Below, in pieces: positions 1-12,000 of a stretch of DNA of 64,000 nt. A program made the translations under genes and the position numbers. Numbering within the stretch: position 1 is the stretch's first letter; the number at the start of each line of letters is the position of its first letter. The notes under the pieces are model-generated. The model worked only from the letters and a program-made list of their open reading frames with translations. It was not told where the DNA came from and did not search any database. This DNA comes from Raillietiella orientalis (taxonomy: Eukaryota). The stretch lies in assembly GCA_036172245.1 (NCBI GenBank), contig JAYWIR010000001.1, positions 7,812,001-7,876,000 of the forward strand. Reading direction: 5' to 3'.

Positions 1-3000
1 GTCTCCGAGTGGAAAGAGGTAACACTTGCTCTTCTCCTTCGAGTTTCGACTTGGTTTCCGAGCTTCACGTGCAGCATGAATGTGAGGGAGGGGGGAAGGG
101 GGAAGCAGATTGCGATCTCAGTCTGAGATCTCAGTCTGTGTTTGTGATGCTACACCGCCCTGTGAGCTGAAGTAGACGGAACGTTAAACGGATAGCGCCT
201 CGTCGATATTTCGGATACCCTGACTCAGAGCAACGAGACAGTACCATCCACCTTCCCAGCCGCGCATCTTATAAATCCCTCAGAAGACAAAGAACGCAAA
301 ACGGTATCAAAACACGAAGTGCCTTTCGTCACTCTCTGCGAACGCTCGCGGGTTTCCTGCGGATGCTTTTCGAGAATGTCTCGAAAACCAGACTGAGGTC
401 GCTGTCTGGCTGCAGCATCGCCTTCTGCTCGTCGCCATGCTTTCTGTGCCACTGCTTTTAACGTGCAGCCGCGCGCGCCACAGAGCTCGTCGCTGTCATG
501 CCGTGTTGAGAAGGAGCCGTGCATAACCCGTGGTCGCTGGGCCTCATCCGACCTCCAGCGCCCTTTCGCGAGGACCCCGGGACTCTTGAATAAAAATTTT
601 CAAGCCCCATTCTTTGCAATTTCCTTTAAACAGCTCGGTCCGGTTGACAAATAGCCGATTCCTGAAGTCCAATCTTGCTTACTTCCATTCTGTAATCGTT
701 TCGTTTCACAGCTGATGAATGGAATTATTGTGCAACGAAAGAAGCTGATTTTTCTATCTCTTTGACTCGTTCTCCTTCGAGTCCATCCGCAACCCCGAAA
801 ACTCGAGCAACACCCGACGCTTGAACCGGGGAAATTAGAAGTTGTTCGCGTAACGCAAGAAAAAGCAAGAAAGAAAAATTCGAGAAATTGGCTGTTTTAA
901 ATTTTAAATTAAAGAAATCGGCTCTCGTTGCGCATAAAATTGTGGCCCGCAGCAACGCTTCTCGGAAGGCTGCGAGTCAAAGGCTTCCCGTGGCGTTTCC
1001 GAACTGTTTCCAAGGTCTCGTTATTGGAACGATTAAAAGCCGGAGTACTTCCAGCAAGTAGCAATTTTCACCCTCAAGGATGCGGTGGAGAGATCGTTCA
1101 AGAAACTCGAGGTATTCGGAGATTCAGCCTTTGCATCCGACGGCGGTCCGCTTGCGCACGTGCCCGCCCGCCGCCGAAGTTTCATCTCCATCTCGGGAGT
1201 CGCGGCCGAGCGTTCACCGCTGACGTTGATCTTCGCTGTTCCGAATGAAAATCAGCCGTCGCAAGATCCTCTCCAGATGAGGAAATTGCACCTGCCTGCG
1301 ACGGCACCTCTGATCGGAGCTTTTGTCCTCTTGGGGAAGTCTCAGTGGCCACAGATATCAACCGCTGCCTTGAGAAGTAGAAAGTGCCCGCCTCGTAAAA
1401 AAAATTTTCAACTTTTGCATTTCTACATTAATCCCATCGTTTGCGCTTCTCATAAACTTTCGCAGATCGTTTGAAAACTTTCGATAAACAGCGACGAGAA
1501 ATCCACGTGGACTTGTCCAAGGCTCCCTCGAGTTAAAAACTTCCCAACTCTCTAAGCGAAATCAAGCGGTTTCCGATGAAATGCCACCTATACAAACACG
1601 TTCATCATTTATGGGTATGGATGCGTCCATTACGTGCGTGGAAGATGAAGAATGCTGATGTGGAAGCTGAAGGGTGTTCTCCGAAGAAACTCCTGGGGGG
1701 CTTACACATTTATTTGGGATGGTGCATTATTCCGGAATGCCGTTTTTGCGTTATTACCAGCACGTGATGTGCAGAACGGGAAAGCAATTCCTTGTCTCTC
1801 TCGTAGTGCAACGAAAGCTGTGGCATCCACCAAAAGACCCGGGTGCCTCTCTGCTCTACCGACAAAGGGGAGGTGCATCCTGATGAATTCTGCAAGAATA
1901 AACGGTTGCCTGCCGTAACAGAAGCGTGCACCAACACTAGAGAATGTGAATTTTCCTGGTATGCCTCTCAGTGGAGCGAAGTAAGCAACTTGAAGATTCC
2001 TCCCGTTTCTCTCTCCCCATTTCTCATCCTATTTTGACTAAGATAACACGCGTGTTTCGCATCTTAAATACCTACATCTTTGTTCCTCAAGTCGTTGGGA
2101 TCTGGATTCTAACTGGGACCTAATAATTGGCAATTCGTCGAAACACGTCCTCCTAAACGAATCGGTACATCATCATCATCATCATCATCATCATTGTTTA
2201 AATTATTATTACTGTTTATTCGTTTGTAATCGTGTATTTATTGGGATCCGATAAATACGCGATCATCATTTGTTAATGCAAAAGTAGCGTGCGCTTTGAA
2301 TCACACTTAATGCAGGACGTCTTGGGTAATCCTTTCTCTCTCTTTCACATGAAAAAATTGTCCAACCTCCTCCAGTGCTCCTCTGATTGCGGGGAAGGAG
2401 TGAAAACGAGAGACGTGTTTTGTGGCTCAGTGGAGGATGAAGACAAATCGATCATACGAATACAGACCGATGATAAGTGTGACCCAGCCTTCAAGCCAAG
2501 CACCACGCACGAGTGCGTTGGTGGCAAGCAGTGTCAGCCTCACTGGTTTGTTGGTCCTTGGTCAGAGGTGAGGAAGAGCTCTGCCGAAAGCGTCCTGACC
2601 TTTTCCCTTGCTCCGCAGTGCTCCAAGTCTTGCGGTAAAGGAGATCGGCTCAGGAAAGTTCTCTGCTTCCTAGGAAACGAGAGCGTCGCCATCACCAAGT
2701 GCAGCGAAGAAACGAAGCCTTTCGAATCCGAGTCGTGCGAGGTTCGCTCCTGCGACAGCGGTAAGTGAGACGCAGAAAACCACCGTGCGAGTTGGTCCGA
2801 CCAATGAACCACTCCAACAGATCTGCCTGATGCTGAGCTTCCCGAATACGATTACTACGACACGTGCGAAAACGTCCCCCTGGACGAATTGACCACCAAA
2901 TCCACCGCTGGTCGGTATGGAAGCATCGCCACGACTGAGATGATTACCAAAACGGACGAAAGCACTGAAAGCAGCGGCTCTTCCACGACCAGCTCTAGCA

Positions 3001-6000
3001 CGGATGAATTCATCAGCCTCAGCACTTCAACCGATCACAGTTCTCTGTCGCTATCTACGGAAACCTCCACCCAGGGAGAAGAACTTTCCAAAACCACCAT
3101 TTCTCTGGATCAGAGCACACTGTCGACCATGATCTCCACTACCGGTTTAGAGAAGGAGACCATGACCTCCACGGATTCCTCCGGATTGACAGACGCGAGT
3201 GTACTCCCCACGGATTCTAGCAGCACAGAGGGCACGACCTCCACCCCGATCCACTCCTCTGACCACACTCACACATTGAAAGAAACCTATTCGGACATGC
3301 TTTCCAGCACCACTGAACACAAAACTGTTATCACGGTCACATCAGAACTTCTCACGGAGCAGCAACAAACCACAAAAACCGGGAGCACCGATCTGGACAT
3401 CACAACCGCGTCGTCAACCACCCCGTCCGTGGAATCGACTGATACTGAAGGTATGGGGTGTCTTTTCCTCCTAGAGAGCACGTGAAATTTCACTTTCTTC
3501 CCTTGTATCTAAAATGCACAGCGGAAACACAAGGAACAAGCACTGATGCGGTTTTTACCTTGACGAGCAGTACAATCACTTCGACCACTGACGTTTCAAC
3601 CGATGAATCCACAGTCGACACCCCTTCTACAACTGGTCAGGAGGAAACACTCATTCAAGTCGAAAAGACTAAAAGAAGAAATATTTGCAGATCAGACAAA
3701 AATAGCCAGATTGAAGAGAGAAGTGGATACGAAAGAAGGCTACGTCACTTTGGACAGCTCAACTCTAACCACGGGTGATTTCTTGACCACTGAACAAGAT
3801 ACAGGTAAATCAAGGAGCTCAATAATGTTCGAATCAGCTAAAGGGATAGGCTGTAAAACCATTTCTCTTCATCTTATCGTTTCTAGAAACCTCGACGACC
3901 CTTCCTGAGACCAAATTCACCTTCAATGATTTTGACGACACGGAGAGTCCGACTTGCGTGTTTAGAAGGCCGAAGATTCCTTGCAATGAAACTCAGTTCG
4001 GCTGCTGCCCCGACGGGATACGAAAGGCGAAAGGGCCTTTCGGCAAAGGTCAGGCAGCCTAGGAAATTTCCTGCTTTGAGTGGAACGTTTATTCCTTTTC
4101 GTGTGCTCCCTAAGGATGTCCCAGCATCCGCACTTGCAACGACACCTTCTTCAAATGCTGCCCCGATGGAGTCACTCCCGCATCCGGAAAGAACTACGCA
4201 GGCTGTCCTGATTCGAGATGCAACGAGACTCTGTACGGCTGCTGCCCCGATGGCATACACGTGGCAGAAGGGAACGACGGACTAGGGTGCCCCATCCCGT
4301 GCAATATGACAGAGTAAGCCGACCTCTCCTGAAGGCGCTTTCCGTCGTGTCCAGAGAGGCCGCTGAAGAGTGGGTGCTTCCGAACGATATGTCACGGGCA
4401 TGATTGCGGACATCCCTCATTGTGTGTGTGCATGTGTGCACACACACATCGAGGTGCATACCGTGTACACACAGCGCACGATTCTCGAGGAATAGGCAGA
4501 GCTCAGACGCCGCGTGAGCTCTTCGAATTTCGCGGCTCACACGAGAGCGGCTTCTTAGTGGACCAGTCTTTGTCAGAGAGCCGTGAGAAAAAGTCTCTCC
4601 ACCTTGACTGTATCATTCGTTTTTTTTTTTTTTTTTTTGTGCGTGTTTTTCTTGTTGCGGCATTCACAGCTGAGTGTGGGGACCCTGATTCTAGCGCATC
4701 AGAAAATTCCATGGATGGCGCCAAAGATCCATCAAAGTCGACCTTTTTCGGCCTCGGTCCGTTACGACTGGCTGTTTGTGGCGTTCGTGCCATCAAAAGA
4801 TTCCCGGAATGGGGGTTCGGCATGCACATTTTGCTGCTCGCTACATGCTTCGAGAATTCATCTCTCACCGCTGTCTGATTCTGATTTTAGATTCGGATGT
4901 TGCGAAGATGGAACGACGTCCGCAGTTGGACCCGAAAAGGAGGGATGTCCGGAATCTTGCAGAGGCAGCGAGTTTGGTTGTTGCTTAGATGGCCTAACAA
5001 AAGCGGCAGGTCCAAACTTCAAGAACTGCCCCGAGATACAGAACTGCTCACTAGCGATCTATGGCTGCTGCCCAGATGGAGTCAATCTAGGTACCCATCC
5101 GCCTGCTTCGACAAGCTAACTCCTGATTTTCATTCGCACATTTTAGCTGAAGGTCCTGATAACTTCGGATGCTGCAAATATTCGAATTATGGTTGCTGTA
5201 GTGACAACCTCACTTCTGCACACGGTTCGAATATGGAAGGCTGTTGTCTGCATAATGAATATGGATGCTGCAACGATTTCATCACTCCTGCTCTGGGACC
5301 AAATCAAGAAGGTAGCATAGTGCGAACTTCCATCATGCCACCCTGGGACACACCCAAACGGGGCATTGTCAACTGTTTGCTCATTTGATTACGTACTTTA
5401 GGATGTGACTGTATAAATACAATCTTTGGCTGTTGTCCTGACAATTCTACAACTGCAAGAGGCCCCAACCTGGAAGGTTGCGGATGCCAGTATTCCATTC
5501 ATGGATGCTGTCCGGATAACTTTACCTCCGCTGAAGGCGAGAACCATGAAGGCTGTCTTTGCACCACCTTCCCATTCGGTTGCTGTGACGACGGTGTGCG
5601 AACAGCATTAGGTCCAAACATGGAAGGTAACCGGTGCAGAATCAAGAAAAGTGGCTTGATGTTTTCTATTAGGTTGTGGATGCCAAGATACTGAATTCGG
5701 ATGCTGTGACGACCAGAAGACCGCAGCCACAGGACCAGATTTTCAGGGATGCACGTGCGTGTCTTCGAAATACGGGTGTTGCTTCGATGGTGTAACGTCC
5801 GCGGAAGGAGAAAATTTCCAAGGGTGTCCGGACATTCCAAAAATTCTCAAGGCTGGAGGTGGGTGCGATCTTAATAACCCTTCTCATCACTGCCCCACCC
5901 ACCCACCCCCACTTCATCGTAATCCACACAACTGCTCCTGATGAATGTTCTTGAAATTGTAGAAATCTGCGACAAGCCCCGAGAACGGGGATCGTGCCGC

Positions 6001-9000
6001 AACTTCACAGTGAAGTGGTTCTTCGACATCGAATACGGTGGTTGCAGCCGATTCTGGTATGGAGGATGCGAAGGGAACGATAACCGGTTTGATTCGAAAG
6101 AGTCATGCGAAGCTGTTTGCGTGGAACCAGAAGGCAGAGGTGAGAGCGTCTCTTTGGGCGTTGTCCACAAGATTGCTAACCAAAAAAATATATGTTTCAC
6201 CCAGATTCGTGTCTTTTACCCAAAGTGGAAGGCCCTTGCGAATCCTATTCTACTGTTTGGTACTATGACTCGAAGTACAAGCAGTGTTTGCATTTCCACT
6301 ACGGCGGCTGCCTGGGCAACAAGAACAGATTCCTGAGCTTAGAAGATTGCCAGCAGACGTGCATAGAAGCTGTTTACGTTGGTAAGGAGGGTGCTCTTGC
6401 ACGCGTTCGGGGAAGGTCCTTTCGGCATCAGAGGATGCCATTATCAAAACCGTTCCCATTCGGGATCCCCTCGCAGTTTCCCCCTCACCCCACCTCCCAA
6501 ACCGGTGAGACTGTTTGAAGCGCACATGGTTCCCGTTTCGCGACTCATTTTTCCTGGTTGCTTCCAGACCCATGCTTCCAAGCCGTGTCTCCTGGCCCCT
6601 GCAACGGGAGCTTCGAAAGCTGGTTCTTCAACGCCGAAAAGACATCGTGCGAGAAGTTCACGTACGGAGGCTGCAAAGGGAACAACAACAGATATCAGTC
6701 CGAAAAGGAATGTCAGATGCGATGCCAGAGGCGGATACAGAAAGGTAATCCGTCTTGAGCTTACGAGCTGCGATGCTTCTTGTTCTAGAATGAGTTCCCC
6801 TCCCCCTCCCGCCATCCCCTCCGCTGATCGCATCCTTCCCGTGTGGCGTAGACGGCATTAGAAACGCTTAGTTTGAATCTCCGGAGGCCCACTGCAACGG
6901 TCACCCAGCATCTCGCTTGCAGGCTGCAGCCTCAAAGTAAAGATCACACGAACATGGCAAAAAATCGAAGAAAATCTTTCCAGTTAACGTAACTTGCAAT
7001 CCGCTAAACGTTCATCATGGTCTCTGTCCTTTTTTTTTTTCTGTGCTGGACGTTACTTTGTTCGTAAAGACATTAATTGATTCTTGTCTCGTTCTGCTTC
7101 TTAAGCAATCCAGAGAACCACAGTAACTCTTAATGTATGATCAGTTGGTTCTTTCAGCAAAGAGGCGAAACGCTTGGTTGGGTGTAAAAAGCCTGCCTTT
7201 TTAATCTGTTCTTGGGGTGGACTGCAGATGTCGTTCGGGCGCTGACCCTTTCAGGACGTTTCCTGTCCCCCCCCCCCCGCTTCCCTTCCCTCCCCCAAAT
7301 CAAAGTCGCTATGAGCCCTTGCGTTTGTTCTTGCGACCTACGTTCCGAGATGGGCGCAACGCCCCAGATGACTGCGGATGTCACTGTTGGCGCGATCGAA
7401 TTGTCCTGCTAATTGTCGTGAGATTGTGAAGCATCATTTAGAAATTCTCATCTCGATCTGACTTCGCATCCACAAGTGAAAATTCAATGATCTTTCTCAA
7501 AATTAGAGAAATGTCTCCTTCCTCAAGCCATTGGAAATTGCAATTCCAGTATTCCCAAATGGTTCTTCGACGTCAAGAAGAATTTGTGTTCTCCTTTCTA
7601 TTACTCCGGGTGTCAAGGCAATGACAACATGTTTGACACAGAAGAGGAATGCACGGAGGTGTGCAGGAGGGAGTCAGCAAGTAAGTGACTCGCGGGGGGG
7701 TGCTTGTTTCCCGCGACGACCCTAACACGGACCCGCCCCAGTCTACGAGGACATCTGCAGCCTGCCCAAAGACCAGGGCGAGTGTCAAAACTACGAGGAG
7801 CGCCTCTACTTCGACATCTCCACGGGAAGGTGCCAGACATTCGTTTACGGAGGGTGCGGCGGAAACAGCAACAACTTCCGCAACCTGCAAGAATGCCAGC
7901 AAAAATGCGAGCACGCCTACATCGCTGCCACTCCGGAGCAGGAGTTCCATCCAAGTAGGTTCTTTTCATGCACGCGCGCGCTCTTCCGCCAAAAAAAAAG
8001 GGGAAAGAAAAAACAAAAACAAAAAAAAAGGGAGAAAGTGAGCCCGCTGAGACGAGAGCGGTGAACCTCATCCTCTTCACACCCGCTTCCTCCCACCCTT
8101 CTCCCTTCCTTCTCCAGCACAGAGTCGAAGTGGGTCAACGCATGCACTGATCTCCTCTACGCTCGCGATCCGGAAGCGGAGACTCCCGCTTGCATCCTGC
8201 TCCTTGGCCAGGAACCTCCCAGAAGGTTGGGGGTTCCTAGCCCTCCTGAAGCACCGAAGAGCGCGTTCTTTCAGACAGGAGGAAGGGAAAGCGGAGAAGC
8301 GCTCGATAGGTCGCGCCCGGTTGATGGACAGGATGCCAATGACCCCAACGCTTCGAGTCCAGATTGTCTGATGATAGAGGATGCAGTGCAGAAGATGACG
8401 CTCCCGCTTACAGAGGGTGAGGAGGGAGAGGGACGAGGCACTCGGTGTGCCCCGTCAAGGGTCAACTCCTCTGGCGAGTGACCCTCCTGCCGTATCCGTT
8501 ATCAGAGCCGTTCCTCGACTGTAAAAGAAGCTCTCCAGGTAGAAAAGCAAAATAGGAAGCTGGAAACCGCATCGAAGAGGGAAGGTTTCCCTGGTCGAGA
8601 CCCGTGGTGTGAAAGTCTTGGAACCTTCCTGAGATGTTCCACCAGTTCCCCTGTCGTGTTCTCCGTTCCCCTAACGTGCATCCGGGGTGCACGGTAAAAC
8701 ACATAAGAAAGGTAGCGCAGTTCACGACCTTGGAGTTCTGTTGCTAAGCAACTCTGACCTCGCTTGCATACCCCCATGTCCGCTTCTCCAGGATGGTTCG
8801 AAATGGATGGAAGAGACTCGTTTCAGGAAGGGAAACAGCAGCGATCTGTGCGGAAGTCTCCGAGCGGTGGGCCATCTTTCAGCAAAGGGGGAAGAAGTAG
8901 TCTTTGGCGCAGCCTTCACCATTCCGGAGAACCCTTGCTTGTGATTCCTTCTGCAAGCTCTTGAGTGCTCGGGAGGGGAGTGGGACAAACGCTGTCCTTC

Positions 9001-12000
9001 TCGCCGAAAAATCTCTGGTGACATGCAACTGACGCCTCTGGAGATATCTTGGGGAGCGATGAAAGAGGCACTCTGATTGGTTCGCCTACGTGAGCTGTGC
9101 CTTCTCCGTCGCATCAGTATCTGAACCTCCGAGCAGAGCATCCACTACACCCACGCAACTCATTCTAGCAGCCTCCGAACAGCTGTTTCCAAGGATCGCT
9201 GCGGCCTCCGAACGGCTGTTTCCAAGGATCGCTGCGGCCTCCGAACGGCTGTTTCCAAGGATCGCTGCGGCCTCTGAAGATGCAGGCAAGGATCCCCTTC
9301 TCCCAGTTTCCCTGAAGACAAGCGCCCCGCGAGTGTTTTCTCAGGAACGTGGCCTTTTTCGAGCAGCTCTCCCGAAGAGCGCCGACCAGATCATTACTGG
9401 CACCCGTGCGTGGGTGTTTTTGTGCACGCGGGTGGATGCGTGATGTCTGGGGACAGAATCCCTTGTGTCTTGAGGTCCTGGTTTTGCCCCATCCTTCCCG
9501 CGTCTTGGAGCTGCGAGCATGTCCAAGAGGCCACTGCCCCATCGACTGCGCTCAGCCTTCCACTCTTTTTCCGTTTCCGGAAAGATAGACTTATGACCCT
9601 TTCCGTGCACGAGGTAGCGAATCCGGGGTGAGGGAAGAGAGCCGTCGAGTTCGTGCTGCCCCCTCTCTCCTCTGAGTTTCTCGTCTGCGCATTTGAGGAA
9701 GGTCCTTCCAAGAACGTCGGTGCTCCCCCTCCCAAATGGCAGCCCTCTGGCTGCCCGATTCCTGATGTTCCCATCCTGATCCGCCAGACTTTCCATCGCG
9801 CCTCTTTTTACCTCCTCGCCATCCTGATCCGCGACGAGTTGTGTTTCCCTAGGAAAACCTCTGATTGAATCGATGCACGCGCTGTATGAATGCCGCATCT
9901 TTTTGGCGTTGCTAAGCAGGAAAGGCTCCGCAACGAGGAGGCAGAATTTGCTCCCATTTGTTCGGTTTGGTAGGCGCTTCCTGGTTCTAAGGATTTGGCC
10001 TGATGTCCCTTTGAACACATTCCAGAATCCCTCTCCCCTCCCAACCGGTTTGCGGAACCCTCAAGAGTAAGAGGAAACTTCTGTCGAGAAATTCGCGCTG
10101 GCAGAGGCGCAAATTCCTCGACCCTCTTCACTTCGGGGGTGAGGGCTGCTTCGGTTTAGTAGGCTTGTCCTTGTCGATGGTGATGTTGGTAGTGTGCTCG
10201 AGAGATAAAGAGAGGCGGGTGGAAGCTGGGACGGGAAGTGATTGATGAGGTATGAGTAGCCGTTGAGTGAGTAGACCCTGGGAATGGTCAAAGACGGTAA
10301 GATACTGGCTCCTAGGGAAGCGATGGAGAGGAGGAGGAAGAAAAGAAGGAGTCTTTCCCTCCTCGCCCACTCTTTCCCTCTCGCCGCTTTTCCGGGTAGC
10401 TTTCCTTACTTCTCTTGCTCCAGAAGCAGAGAGGAGAGCGAAGGGAGGGAGGGTGGACGCCCCAGGGATGCGCCCACTGCTACCACCTCCACCAGTCCAG
10501 AGCAGCGGGGAAAAGAGAGACATCGGAATGGTAGGGAGGGTTCCCCGGAGACTGCCTTCGGTATCCAGAGTTGCAGCAGCATCAGTTTCTCATAGGGCTC
10601 TCTGAGCTCCCTCCCGTGACTCTGGATTCCCTCTCCCGTCTGCGGTCCGAGCTATGCAAGATTACCCACTATGGAACTCCTCACTGTCTCTGGATGGTAA
10701 CGTGGAATCTCCTGCATTCCCTTCCTCCCTTCAAGCACAGCCCGCTCCTGCACCGCATCCCGTTCCTTTCCTTTCGCCTCCGATCCCCGCCATGTCCGTC
10801 CGCTTCACTCCGCGAGTTCATCCCGCACGTAGTGCTTTTGCTGATTTTTCTTTTCTCCTATCTTCGCAGATTCCTGCTTCCGGAATTACGACGTCGGCGG
10901 ATGCAGCAATCAGGAATCGAAGTGGTACTACGATCACCGAGAAGGATACTGCAAGCACTTCTACTACAGCGGGTGCGAAGGAAATCCGAACAGATTCGAC
11001 AGCAGGGCCGAATGCGAGGACAAATGTGGAGACACCCAAGGTCAACTTGTTCTCTTTTTTCCTTCCACCTTCCTCTGCGCCTCTCGGTCGCGACCGCCCC
11101 TAGGAGTTGCGTTTCCGGTGAGAGACGCTTGCCGCAGCAGCGGGAGCTCCTCGTCACGTCTCTTGTGCAGCCGCCGAATACTCTCCCGGCGTCCGCAGAA
11201 CTCCGGAAGCTCTCAAAGAGCCTCCGCGCGGAGAGTTGGATGACGAGATGCTCCGGCGTAACACAGCCGGGAGTGATTCTTACGCACTGACTGGAAACCC
11301 CCTTTCCAGATCCGTGCTTCCTACCCCGAATCGTCGGCTCTTGTTCGGGAAGATTCCGGCAGTGGTACTACGAGCCGACTTACGACGAATGCTACGAGTT
11401 CGAGTACGGAGGCTGCGAAGGAAACAGGAACAAGTTCGATTCTAAATCTCTGTGCGAGGAGAAGTGCAAAAGATTCCTGGACACCAACGAGACTTCTTCC
11501 TACGAAGGCTACCCCGAAGAACCAGTCTCCCACAGTTCGCATCCGGTGACTTCCGCTCCCTACGAGCCCGAGCATGGGCCAGAAACGCCGAAACCTCCAC
11601 CGCCAGCCACCCAAGAGCCGGTTTCTCCAGAAGGGCGAAGGCGACAAGAAGAAATCGAAGTCTATTCCAAAAGAGGTTCTTTCATCTTTTCTGTTTTCCT
11701 TCTTCTTTCTGACTTTTTGCTGAGTTGTTTTTCACCTCGTCGCAGAGACGGGAAGAGGTGCAAACTGGCCACTGATCCTTCCCTCCTCTCTTAGCCGTGT
11801 GTCTCTATCAACTTGACGAAGGGAACTTGGAGTGCAAGCTCAACATCACCAGCTGGTACTACAACACGGACGAGAGGAAGTGCAAGCCCTTTGCCTTCAC
11901 GGGCTGCGACGGGAACCCGAACAGGTTCTCGTCGGAGGAATCCTGCGAACGGGAGTGCGGGCAGTTCGCCAGCCAAGGTGCGGCTCTTCCTATCCGAGGG

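Noticed and set aside
9171..9278. CRISPR-like repeat length
   Set aside because: Contiguous tandem copies with no spacers, no cas genes and a eukaryotic context.
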